Positions 46,201 to 54,594 of a stretch of 64,000 nt of DNA are shown piece after piece. A program made the translations under genes and the position numbers. The notes under the pieces were generated by a model. The model searched no databases. It had not been told where the DNA came from and was given only the letters and a program-made list of their open reading frames with translations. The DNA comes from a virus: the IMG/VR virus record IMGVR_UViG_3300005529_000023, positions 64,001 to 128,000 of that record; one strand, written 5' to 3'. Every line of letters starts with the position of its first letter. The stretch's first letter is position 1.

Positions 46201-48015
46201 CTACTTAACCAGAGTGATCTCGACTCGGCGATTCGCAGCGCGACCCGCAGAAGTCGAATTTGAACTCACAGGCTGCATGGAACCATGTCCACTGACCCTA
46301 AAGCGAGAGCCAGGGAAGTTGCTCGGAGCAGCCTGCTGCAAGAAGCTCTTCACCGCCTGAGCGCGAGCGATAGACAGAGGAAGATTGGTCTTCTGTTCAT
46401 CGCCGGTATTATCGGTGTGACCATCGATTCTGATGTTCAAGCCGGTAATAGCGAAGTTGTCCTTAAGGAAGTTCAGCTGACGAATGCCTTCCGCCGTAAG
46501 AGTAGCCTGCCCAACGTTGAAGTTAATACTATACGAGCGCGTGGAAACGACCGTATTACTACTCGAAACGTCGAAGGTCGGAGTATCAGCGGCAGCGCCC
46601 GATGAATCGGCCACGGCCTGAGCACCAGTCACGAAGGACTTGTCTTCGATATCGCGAACTTCGGGAAGCGGGGTATCCTTGAACAGCTCGCCATACTGCT
46701 GCATGACGATACTGCCGAACAGGGTGTACGTGGACCTGAAGTTGTCGTTCACGCCCGGACGAAGTCCGAACAGAATGACATTGTCTTCCAGACCATTCAC
46801 CGCCGAACCACCGAGTGAAACTTGGTTTCCTTCGCGATCCGTTTCGGTCACGCCCTTATAGTAACGATACCAGTAAGCGGCGTCCTGGTCATTGTACACT
46901 TTAGCTGAGATCTCAGCTGCCTTGTACAGCGCCTTGTCATAAGCACGAACTTGGTCGCCACCTTCGAAAGCGCCCGCAAGAAGGTTAGTGACCTCATCGC
47001 GATTGGTATTGAAGAAGGTGCGAGAGCCAATAATGACCGCAGGCATCTGAGAACGATATTCCTTCGAAGAGACGATCTTGATAAGGCCGCCCTTATTCTT
47101 GAATGCCGTCACGTCGCCAGGGGTCCAAGTGACCACTGAGTCGATGCAAACGTGCTTGGTTTCGCCCGTAGGATGGCCGTCCTTGACTACACGACGATCT
47201 TCGCACTGACCAGCAACGTACATTTCTGCTGCCTTATTGTAGTCAGGAGCGTTGACCCAGTTGATCGCGTCGGGATCATAGGTCTTCTCATCCGGGTTGT
47301 TCTTGATGTTGTTATCGCCAGCCCACTTGAGAGCGATATTCCAGTCGCCATCGCGAATAACGCCCGCCGTGAGCAAGCCCTTGGCGTTCTGAGGGTTATT
47401 CTTAACGCGAGGAGGAACCATGAAGGAGTCCTCACCACGACTGTAACCGACAGCTCCGATCACGACGAGAGAATCATTCAGCTTCTTCAGCTGGGGATTC
47501 ACTGCAGCCGCGAACTGAGCGCTACCGTCACCCATAATGACGACGAAGTTTGCCCCGGTAGAGCACTGCTTAGCACCATCGTGGATCTCCTTTGCACAAG
47601 CGAGGAGGTCTTCCTGCATCTTATTGGTGTCATCCTGGCGAGTAAGCTGGAGGTTCACCTTACGTTTTTCAAGCAGCGAGCCACGAGTCGTGGTGGCGCC
47701 ACCGTTGGCATACAGGAGACCCATCTGAGCGTTCCACTCCCAAATCTCACCACGAATGAGGGTGTTGGCCACAGATGCTTCGGAAGTCCCAGGAAACGGA
47801 GCCGGAGCCACGTTTTGAACCTGAGCGTCCTTGAGTTCAGGCAGCTGGACTTGGCTCGGGATCAGAGACTTAACGATACCCGGAGTCGGGATCACGCCAA
47901 GTTCTGCGCCCTTGCGAAGGCCAAAAAATGCTACCGCACATACAAACACAGTGATCAGGAGCTTCGCAAGAAGCGTGGCCCGGCCACTTTCATCGTTCCA
48001 GATATCAGTTTTCAT
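46201..48015 (-). CDS. Membrane-anchored ABC substrate-binding protein (NMT1/PBP2-like) fused to OmpA-like peptidoglycan-binding domain
   Basis: N-terminal TM anchor; GYSRGED; C-terminal INFNVGQ...IDGHTDNTG...NLPLSIARA...NRRVEI. Confidence 0.88.
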   Translation of the reverse strand: MKTDIWNDESGRATLLAKLLITVFVCAVAFFGLRKGAELGVIPTPGIVKSLIPSQVQLPELKDAQVQNVAPAPFPGTSEASVANTLIRGEIWEWNAQMGLLYANGGATTTRGSLLEKRKVNLQLTRQDDTNKMQEDLLACAKEIHDGAKQCSTGANFVVIMGDGSAQFAAAVNPQLKKLNDSLVVIGAVGYSRGEDSFMVPPRVKNNPQNAKGLLTAGVIRDGDWNIALKWAGDNNIKNNPDEKTYDPDAINWVNAPDYNKAAEMYVAGQCEDRRVVKDGHPTGETKHVCIDSVVTWTPGDVTAFKNKGGLIKIVSSKEYRSQMPAVIIGSRTFFNTNRDEVTNLLAGAFEGGDQVRAYDKALYKAAEISAKVYNDQDAAYWYRYYKGVTETDREGNQVSLGGSAVNGLEDNVILFGLRPGVNDNFRSTYTLFGSIVMQQYGELFKDTPLPEVRDIEDKSFVTGAQAVADSSGAAADTPTFDVSSSNTVVSTRSYSINFNVGQATLTAEGIRQLNFLKDNFAITGLNIRIDGHTDNTGDEQKTNLPLSIARAQAVKSFLQQAAPSNFPGSRFRVSGHGSMQPVSSNSTSAGRAANRRVEITLVK

Positions 48016-48040
48016 TGTTTTCCCTTTCTTTCAGTTTCAG

Positions 48041-49066
48041 TTATTGCAGTACGTTCTTGAACTTGCCTGACTTTGCAGGAACGGCAACTTTCTGCGGTTC
48101 CTTAGCAAAGTCCACGACCTGGGTGGGATCGTAAGCCTGTGAAATCAACACAGCCTTGTCGGTTCCCAAGAGAGCGCTGCTACCGCTCTTTTCCCATTGC
48201 TCAAGCATTTTAAGCGCATCATCCTGGATGACACCCTTTTCGAGGTCCACACCCTTGATGATACCCTGAGAGAGGTCCATGATGTCGTCGATCTCTGCCA
48301 ACTGCTTGTTCGCAGTTTCAGCAATATTCTCCATCGCGCGATTGAACATCTCAGCTTCAGGGCCACTGCCGCCGATAACCTTCCATCCTTTGACCATACC
48401 CGCATGGGCAGCCATGATGGCTTTTCTTTCTTCCTTCTTGATCTCAAGTTCGCTGCGCGTCTTCTTGATGTTGAAATCGACGGTCGAAACCATCTTGTCA
48501 AGCACGCGATACATGAGTTCAATCTTGTTCTTCGTCTCAGTGAGAGACTTATTAGACAGTGTCAGCTGTTGAGCTTCGAGAGCCATCAAGGTTCGGCCCT
48601 GAACATCGCCCTGCTTTTCAGCCTGCTGAGCCATCTTAAGGTCTCTCTCAGCGCGATCTGCATTCGACTTGATCTTAGCCGTGAGACCCTTGAGTTGGCC
48701 ACCGACTTCGGCCTTACTTGACGACATCTCGTCCAAGCGAGACTGCATGATCTTGATGCTGGTCTCGATGACACCGATTGGATCTTGGTTTACGATGGCA
48801 TATCCAATTGCTCGGGTGAGAGACTTCCAAGCGTAGTACACCGCCGTGTGGACGTTCTTGTCTAGGGCCGCGAAAACCAAGGCCGCAAGAACTCCCATGA
48901 GGAAAACTGCGTAGATCGTGTTGGTCGCAGCCAAAATCACGAACGGCAGAAGATGGATCGCAGCGTAAGTCAGAAGTGCCGCCAAGGCCAATCCAACCAC
49001 GGGAGCGCCAATGAAGTTTTCACTCTTCTTCCACCAAGGCTTTCTCGAAACAGTCGTCGTATCCAT
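48041..49066 (-). CDS. PspA/IM30/ESCRT-III-like coiled-coil protein with two N-terminal TM helices
   Basis: QDPIGVIETSIKIMQSRLDEM aligns with PspA [21 protein letters not shown], and the helical hairpin continues; residues about 17-70 are hydrophobic. Confidence 0.65.
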   Translation of the reverse strand: MDTTTVSRKPWWKKSENFIGAPVVGLALAALLTYAAIHLLPFVILAATNTIYAVFLMGVLAALVFAALDKNVHTAVYYAWKSLTRAIGYAIVNQDPIGVIETSIKIMQSRLDEMSSSKAEVGGQLKGLTAKIKSNADRAERDLKMAQQAEKQGDVQGRTLMALEAQQLTLSNKSLTETKNKIELMYRVLDKMVSTVDFNIKKTRSELEIKKEERKAIMAAHAGMVKGWKVIGGSGPEAEMFNRAMENIAETANKQLAEIDDIMDLSQGIIKGVDLEKGVIQDDALKMLEQWEKSGSSALLGTDKAVLISQAYDPTQVVDFAKEPQKVAVPAKSGKFKNVLQ

Positions 49067-49089
49067 ATTTTCCTCTTTTCCTTATTGCA

Positions 49090-49734
49090 TTATTGCAGAT
49101 ATTGACCAATTTTGTCAATGTTTGTTTTGATCGTATTCCTCAGAGTGTCAAGAGTGACACTGAAGGCAGCCTTTCTGGAATCAAGCTTCGCCTTTTCGGC
49201 ATGTAATTCCTGAGTCAGCGTAGCGCTGTCCTCGGTCAGCTGACTCAGCTGCTTTTTAAGGTCGGCGATCGTAGATTCGACCTTGGCTAACTTGGCTTCA
49301 CGGGCTTGGACCTGAGCCCTCTCGTACTCCGCGCAGTCGGCATTGAAATCATTTTCGTCCTGGTTCAGCACATCGATATAATGCTGGCCAGACTTGAGGA
49401 GGGAGTTCTTGTCCACGCCAAGCTGCTTGGCCGTGGAAAACGTCACCTTGTAACAAGCTTCCTCGGCAAGACCCGTAGATTTGGTTTCCTGGACCGCAGA
49501 AATGAACTTGAGATAGTCGAAACCGGCCAGCTTGTTTTCCTCAAGCGACTTGGTCAACATCTCGTTGAGTGCAGGGTCGATACTCGGGGCCGGCACCGAG
49601 AAACTGAATGATGTAGAGGAAGGGATCGGAGTTCCAGTGGACACGTTGGTTGTGGCAGTTGGTGCCGCAGGCTTGGCCTTCGCAACCGGCATATCGTCTT
49701 CAACCAAACCAAGCTTCGTCAGAAAGTTCTTCAT
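49090..49734 (-). CDS. Coiled-coil protein, first gene of ABC/PspA operon
   Basis: SD AAGGAG; amphipathic N-terminus, GFDYLKF motif, C-terminal heptads. Confidence 0.7.
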   Translation of the reverse strand: MKNFLTKLGLVEDDMPVAKAKPAAPTATTNVSTGTPIPSSTSFSFSVPAPSIDPALNEMLTKSLEENKLAGFDYLKFISAVQETKSTGLAEEACYKVTFSTAKQLGVDKNSLLKSGQHYIDVLNQDENDFNADCAEYERAQVQAREAKLAKVESTIADLKKQLSQLTEDSATLTQELHAEKAKLDSRKAAFSVTLDTLRNTIKTNIDKIGQYLQ

Positions 49735-49761
49735 GCTATCTCCTTATTCAAACTCTAGTAC

Positions 49762-49790
49762 AGTTTTCCATAGAGCCTTATTTTCGTCAA
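49762..49790 (-). promoter_or_regulatory. Sigma70-type promoter for ABC/PspA operon
   Basis: TTGACG-17nt-AAAACT with TG extension. Confidence 0.45.
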
Positions 49791-50108
49791 CTATTTTTTG
49801 GAATTTAATTCTTTAATGATTTCATCCAACTTGATGTGCAAACCCTTGATATATTCTCGATCTCGCTCCACTTGCCTGTTCTGGCTCATCATAATAATGG
49901 GACTTTGCATCGTACTAACAATAGTCAAAAACAAATTTAAAAGAATGAAAGGATAGGGATCAAAATGGGCGCACAAAACCAGTAGAGTATTGAGTAAAAC
50001 CCATACTGTGATTCCAGCAGAAAACCAAAAAACAAATCCCCATGATCCGCAGAATTCAGCGATGTTATCGGACCAGCGCTGCGACCTACTTCTGTTGTCC
50101 GTTTCCAT
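49791..50108 (-). CDS. DUF1003 family membrane protein
   Basis: GSWGF...FDPYPFILLNL...IIMMSQNRQ..RDR. Confidence 0.9.
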   Translation of the reverse strand: METDNRSRSQRWSDNIAEFCGSWGFVFWFSAGITVWVLLNTLLVLCAHFDPYPFILLNLFLTIVSTMQSPIIMMSQNRQVERDREYIKGLHIKLDEIIKELNSKK

Positions 50109-50733
50109 CGCTCTCCCATTGTTTTGTGAATTTTACCCAAGAAGACCATGAAAGTTCGAGTCTGTTGCCAAGCGTATCCAGGCTTTCGTAGCCCCATTCG
50201 GTGTCCTCGGCATTTTTGGTAGCCAGAGCAAGTTTTTCTAGCTCTGGATAATCTCGAATGTAGCTTCGCCAATACTCCATGGGACAGGAATGGTAATTTT
50301 CTTCCTTGCCATAGAGAGTACGTGCCTGAGCAATAGCATCAGCTTGTTCGGGATGGTAAGTAAGCAAATAGGCCCCAAAGACCGTAACGGATCTGTGGGT
50401 GCCTGCATCGCAGTGGATAAATACGTGGCTGAGCTTCAGCTGGTCGATCCAATAGTGAAGCGTACGCAAAGAACCATGAATCACTTCTGGTGAAGGAGGG
50501 CCAGATTCGCGCCATGGAAACCATGCCTGGAAGGTCCACATTGGCTGCGGGACAAAGCGATCGGTAATGTTCATCCATGCATCGATTTCATCCAGGTCAA
50601 ACTCGCTATCGCAGCTAGAGGGGTAATCTGGCCTTCCAGCCACTAAAACAGTGGTTTCTCCTACTTTATATGAGGCCGCCCGAACCCTCTTCTTGCTTAT
50701 ATCGCCATTCCACCAATGTCCTGTCCTATTCAT
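50086..50733 (-). CDS. Protein-tyrosine/dual-specificity phosphatase-fold protein
   Basis: CX5R P-loop HCDAGTHRS. Confidence 0.8.
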   Translation of the reverse strand: MNRTGHWWNGDISKKRVRAASYKVGETTVLVAGRPDYPSSCDSEFDLDEIDAWMNITDRFVPQPMWTFQAWFPWRESGPPSPEVIHGSLRTLHYWIDQLKLSHVFIHCDAGTHRSVTVFGAYLLTYHPEQADAIAQARTLYGKEENYHSCPMEYWRSYIRDYPELEKLALATKNAEDTEWGYESLDTLGNRLELSWSSWVKFTKQWESDGNGQQK

Positions 50734-50751
50734 GGTTTATATCCTTTTCTT

Positions 50752-51216
50752 TTAAAAAACTATTCGTTCAACGTCGATCTCTCGTAGCAATTTGCCAATT
50801 TTTATAAATTCTTTATGTGTAAATTCAGAAGATTTCACTCTATTACATCTTCCGCAACAAACTACCAAATTGCTATATTCGTAATCTATTTCGTTGTTGA
50901 TTCTATCCAAATTGTAAGCCGTAGTGTTCCACGAAACTAGTCCGCTGCAATAGAAACAATCATTTTGAGCCACAAAATCTAGAAATTGTTCGTAGGTAAT
51001 GAAAACTTCCCTATTAGATCTTTTCGCTTCTCTGCATAAAACTCTGAATAGACTTTCATAGGGTCTCAAGGTTCTCTTTTTAACAGCTGCCGCATTAGCT
51101 ATTTTGTGATTTCTCCGACCTAAACATTTTCTACAAACACCAGTTTGACCTTTGTTTTTGGTAAATCTTTCATATTTGCAATCTGGACATATTATCAAAT
51201 ATGGTTTACGCGGCAT
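50752..51216 (-). CDS. HNH endonuclease (free-standing, AT-rich)
   Basis: CFYC...LDRINN...YSNLVVCCGRCNRVK; N-terminal CPDC...CRKC. Confidence 0.8.
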   Translation of the reverse strand: MPRKPYLIICPDCKYERFTKNKGQTGVCRKCLGRRNHKIANAAAVKKRTLRPYESLFRVLCREAKRSNREVFITYEQFLDFVAQNDCFYCSGLVSWNTTAYNLDRINNEIDYEYSNLVVCCGRCNRVKSSEFTHKEFIKIGKLLREIDVERIVF

Positions 51217-51218
51217 AT

Positions 51219-52376
51219 TTACTCATAATCTCTGATACTTAGACCTACAGGAAACCTTGGTACCTTTTCTGCACCAGTTAGCCCTTGGTACTGCACAGTA
51301 AGCAGTTTTCCAGTCCACAGAGAGTGGTTATCGAAAAATTCTTTAAGCCGAGATGTCTCTCCACGCATTTTAGCAAGAAAGTCTTTCCCGCTCTTCGTCC
51401 TACAAAGAAAACTACCGACGTGTCCGGCCAGCTTTCCACGGCCTTCTTCAAATCCGACAATAGGGAATTCGTCATCATCAAACTCTTTAACTTTCTGGAG
51501 GTCATACGATCTTTTATTGGCATACTTGCCTTCAAGATTGCGTAACATGGCTCCTTCATATCCATCAGCTCTGAATTTTTCGAAGACATCTGTGACCTGA
51601 TCCTCATTTTCTACTACCCATGTATCTACCTTGACGATACTGCCCTCGAACCAACTCGACTTCATATAGCGAAGTTTAAGCATTCTCCTAGAGAAAGGCT
51701 CATCTGTAACTACATCGTAGACGTGGTATTCAACCAATTCATATCCTTCTTCGGGCTTTTCTTTCCTTACTGCCGAAACAATCTTCTCGAAGTCCTTTTT
51801 GAACTGGTGATTGTATAGTTCGCCGTCCAAAATGATTTCAGTGCCGGCAGGAAAGCCTTCTTCGATCTGCTTGATGATATGCGGCATGGAAGTAATTGGC
51901 TTTCTAGTACGAGACCAAAGGGTACACCTGCCATCCTTCAAAATAGCGATACAACGAATACCGTCCAGCTTAGGCTGCGCTGCAGCAGGATACTTGATCT
52001 TATGGCCGTGCTCGGAGAATTTGTGAGCTAGCATCGGAACGATGCCGCCCTCGATTAGGTCGTCGGTTTCCTCGGCTTCTGCGGCCTTCTTGGTCTCGAC
52101 GTAACCCTTCTTCTTTTGCTTTTCCCACTTCGCTTTTGCCTCTGCTTCGGCCTGCTGGAACGCGGACGTTTCATTCTTTTTCCCCTTGTTTTTGCCTTCA
52201 GAGATCGTATCTTCAGTCTTTTGCGGACTTTCAGTGCCTAGCTGCCCGTACTCGGTTATGATCACCCCTCGCCAATCGCCAGAGCCCTGCGGCCCGCAGG
52301 CTCTTTCGACTGATATGGTCCAGTATTGGATTGCTCCGGTGCTTGTTTTCTTGTAGAGGGTAGGGAAATTTACCAT
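51219..52376 (-). CDS. ATP-dependent DNA ligase with N-terminal WGR-like domain
   Basis: QPKLDGIRC (adenylated Lys), LDGELY, YHVYD, EGAMLR, KVK, PRFP. Confidence 0.92.
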   Translation of the reverse strand: MVNFPTLYKKTSTGAIQYWTISVERACGPQGSGDWRGVIITEYGQLGTESPQKTEDTISEGKNKGKKNETSAFQQAEAEAKAKWEKQKKKGYVETKKAAEAEETDDLIEGGIVPMLAHKFSEHGHKIKYPAAAQPKLDGIRCIAILKDGRCTLWSRTRKPITSMPHIIKQIEEGFPAGTEIILDGELYNHQFKKDFEKIVSAVRKEKPEEGYELVEYHVYDVVTDEPFSRRMLKLRYMKSSWFEGSIVKVDTWVVENEDQVTDVFEKFRADGYEGAMLRNLEGKYANKRSYDLQKVKEFDDDEFPIVGFEEGRGKLAGHVGSFLCRTKSGKDFLAKMRGETSRLKEFFDNHSLWTGKLLTVQYQGLTGAEKVPRFPVGLSIRDYE

Positions 52377-52576
52377 ACTTTTTCTAGCCTTTCTTGAAGT
52401 TCTTTGACGGTCATCTTGTCTCCAAAGACCTTGAAGAGTCTTTCTGAGACTGACTGAATCAGTTGTTCTTGTCTCTCGGTTATCTGGCCACTTGGAAGGT
52501 TGTAGACTTCGTGAAGTGCCAGCATTATTTCAAACCTAATGACATTAGAAAAGAAACCTTGTTTCGTCAGTGACAC
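52370..52576 (-). CDS. Hypothetical protein
   Basis: GTG start after AAGGA; overlaps ligase start. Confidence 0.45.
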   Translation of the reverse strand: MSLTKQGFFSNVIRFEIMLALHEVYNLPSGQITERQEQLIQSVSERLFKVFGDKMTVKELQERLEKVW

Positions 52577-52577
52577 T

Positions 52578-52904
52578 TTATATCCTTTTTGTCCATTTTG
52601 GACAGAAGAACATATGGATCTGAGGAAAGCTAGTGTAAATTGCGCCACACTCGCATTTTGTTCCTCCGTACCCCATCATACTCTCAATTGAGACATAAAC
52701 AGTTGCATGCCAATTTGGATCGTAACTCTGTACTCCGGCAAACACGCAGTTGTAGTCTGATGCGCCAGTAAGATCCTCTTCGTAGATGACAAACTCATAC
52801 TTCTTATCTTTGTAAGTCACCAAATACGGAAAGTCTTTTATCTCTTTCCACCAGTTCATCTCTACTTTAGAACCGCTTAGGCCAAAATGAAGGGTCAACT
52901 TCAT
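52578..52904 (-). CDS. Hypothetical protein with C-terminal CEC...HxxxC
   Basis: ORF in operon. Confidence 0.55.
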   Translation of the reverse strand: MKLTLHFGLSGSKVEMNWWKEIKDFPYLVTYKDKKYEFVIYEEDLTGASDYNCVFAGVQSYDPNWHATVYVSIESMMGYGGTKCECGAIYTSFPQIHMFFCPKWTKRI

Positions 52905-52910
52905 CTAGTC

Positions 52911-53732
52911 TCATACCTTCTGGTAGATCTGCGCGATTCTTTGGTTCAGATACTCTTGAGCCGTGAAGCCTGGAGCTAGAAGCGTATCGCCGTGAGGATG
53001 AACAAAAAGAGGCATGCTAACACGATCAGAAGAGGAGTCATCAGGGTTGATAACCCTGTGAGTAGTAGACTTAAAAAGACCTTTAGAAGCAAGCTGAAGC
53101 ATATCGCCAATATTGACAACAATAGAATTTTCTTCATGGGGAACGTCATGCCATTTTCCTTCTTTGTCGAGAACCTGCAAGCCAGGTGCGCTTGCAGCTA
53201 CAAGCAATGTAATGAAGTTGATATCTTCATGTGCGGCTGCTCGAACTGCGCCCGGCTGAGCAGTGAAGTTCAATGCTGGGTAGTAGATCGTGCGAAGGAT
53301 CGTATTATCACTCTCTTCGCAAGCGGCTCTGTATTCAGTAAGACCATCTTGAAAATCGTCGATCACCTTGAGGATCTGACTTGAGATGTCTTCCAGTTGA
53401 AAGAAAATAGACTGGGTTACCGTAGAGACATCGCCCGGAAGAAGCTTGCCTGGCTGCCAGTGATAGAACTCCTTCAGATCTGAAACTTTAGCGCCGACAG
53501 CCTTCTCGGAACCGAAAGCCTTATAGCCCAAGTTTCCATCTTCTTTATTGACGAACTTGCTCTTGTAGCTTGGCTTATCAAGGAAAAACATGCGCCATGC
53601 CGACTGCACGTCGCGAATAAGACCATGATCAATTCCGTGATGAGTGATAACTGCAAACCCGGTGTTGATTACTGAATCAATAAACTCAGCTCCAAAGTCG
53701 CTGGAACGCAAATTACAGACCTTGATATTCAT
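52911..53732 (-). CDS. 2-oxoglutarate/Fe(II) dioxygenase (IPNS/DIOX-like)
   Basis: DIOX_N-like GFAVITHHGI, HED (HxD), VNIGDMLQ, HRV, RVS; start after SD GGAG. Confidence 0.9.
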   Translation of the reverse strand: MNIKVCNLRSSDFGAEFIDSVINTGFAVITHHGIDHGLIRDVQSAWRMFFLDKPSYKSKFVNKEDGNLGYKAFGSEKAVGAKVSDLKEFYHWQPGKLLPGDVSTVTQSIFFQLEDISSQILKVIDDFQDGLTEYRAACEESDNTILRTIYYPALNFTAQPGAVRAAAHEDINFITLLVAASAPGLQVLDKEGKWHDVPHEENSIVVNIGDMLQLASKGLFKSTTHRVINPDDSSSDRVSMPLFVHPHGDTLLAPGFTAQEYLNQRIAQIYQKV

Positions 53733-53743
53733 CTTATGGCTCC

Positions 53744-53749
53744 AATCTT
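53744..53749 (+). promoter_or_regulatory. Candidate late promoter AATCTT for endolysin
   Basis: In the divergent intergenic gap upstream of the M15 peptidase. Confidence 0.35.
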
Positions 53750-53786
53750 TAAGTATAGGATAGAGCAAATAAGGAAATAAGACAAT

Positions 53787-54236
53787 ATGATTTCGAAAGA
53801 TGAACTACTCAAAGGCAGAGACAAGTTGTATCCAAGCGACTACACGCAGCAGATTTCCGACAACCTCGATCAACTACTCGTACCAATGAATCAGATCAGA
53901 ACTGCATGGGGACAGCCGATGACCGTTGATTCTGGATGGCGCTCACCAGAAGAAAATGCAAATACAGCTGGTGCAGCTCCACACTCTAAGCACATGCTCG
54001 GTCTCGCATGCGACATCGCTGATGCAGACGGATCTCTTTGGGCTTGGGTTCTCCAAAATCTTGCGCTCATGAAGCAGCTAGGGATCTACTTCGAAGATAA
54101 GCGCTGGACACCAACATGGGTGCATTTTCAGCTCGGTGGACCTGCGAGCGGCCACAGGATCTTCGTACCTTACACTACAAGACCGTCCGCTCCAGATGCT
54201 TGGGACGGCAATTACGACCATTCTTTTGATGGATAA
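53787..54236 (+). CDS. Peptidase M15 family endolysin
   Basis: SGWRS...SKHMLGLACDI...WVHF Zn-binding pattern. Confidence 0.85.
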   Translation: MISKDELLKGRDKLYPSDYTQQISDNLDQLLVPMNQIRTAWGQPMTVDSGWRSPEENANTAGAAPHSKHMLGLACDIADADGSLWAWVLQNLALMKQLGIYFEDKRWTPTWVHFQLGGPASGHRIFVPYTTRPSAPDAWDGNYDHSFDG

Positions 54237-54298
54237 GAAACGAGCGACTACAAAAAGATCTAGAGCTGAGTAACTTTTTGGGTCAAGCTGATGAATGA

Positions 54299-54351
54299 GG
54301 GGTGTCGGCGAGACATCACGATTTCACGACCTAGTTTCTCTCCGACGCCCC
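54299..54351. terminator. Long hairpin at convergent junction (endolysin vs tRNA unit)
   Basis: GGGGTGTCGG/CCGACGCCCC 10-bp stem with inner GAGA/TCTC. Confidence 0.5.
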
Positions 54352-54361
54352 GGATTTAAAA

Positions 54362-54434
54362 CGCCAACTGCCGGATTCGAACCGGCGTTTCTGCCCGATA
54401 GTGGGAGCGTCCTAGGCCCCTAGACGAAGTTGAC
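54362..54434 (-). tRNA. tRNA with Glu/Asp-type body and aberrant anticodon loop (ACTATCG); no CCA
   Basis: Acceptor GTCAACT/AGTTGGC, D-arm GTCTAGGGGCCTAGGAC, canonical T-arm GCCGG-TTCGAAT-CCGGC; lacks U33. Confidence 0.75.
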
Positions 54435-54499
54435 TGCCCGTTGTAGCGGGATTGTAACCATCACCGGCTTCTACAAAAGCATGTGGCGGATTACATAAA

Positions 54500-54575
54500 T
54501 GGTGGAACCGAAGAGAGTTGCACTCTTCACAGTCCCCGTGCAAGGGGGACTCGCCACTACGGAACATGCGATCCC
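54500..54575 (-). tRNA. tRNA-Ala(TGC), CCA encoded, T-loop TGCAACT
   Basis: G3:U70 pair, anticodon arm TCCCC-CTTGCAC-GGGGA, T-stem AAGAG/CTCTT. Confidence 0.85.
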
Positions 54576-54590
54576 AATAGAACTATATCA
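54576..54590 (-). promoter_or_regulatory. Extended -10 promoter placing +1 on tRNA-Ala nucleotide 1
   Basis: TG-A-TATAGT-TCTATT-[G1]. Confidence 0.6.
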
Positions 54591-54594
54591 CATC

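Noticed and set aside
47152-48060. 302-aa plus-strand ORF (also 6450-7286, 9116-9829, 55894-56466 and similar)
   Set aside because: Antisense shadows of well-supported minus-strand genes caused by codon bias; no SD or recognisable motifs.
43850-49734. Host chromosomal contamination or prophage boundary at the ABC operon
   Set aside because: The operon is interleaved with phage-type small ORFs by overlapping stop/start codons and is flanked by phage tRNA and ligase genes. No integrase or att-like repeat was seen.
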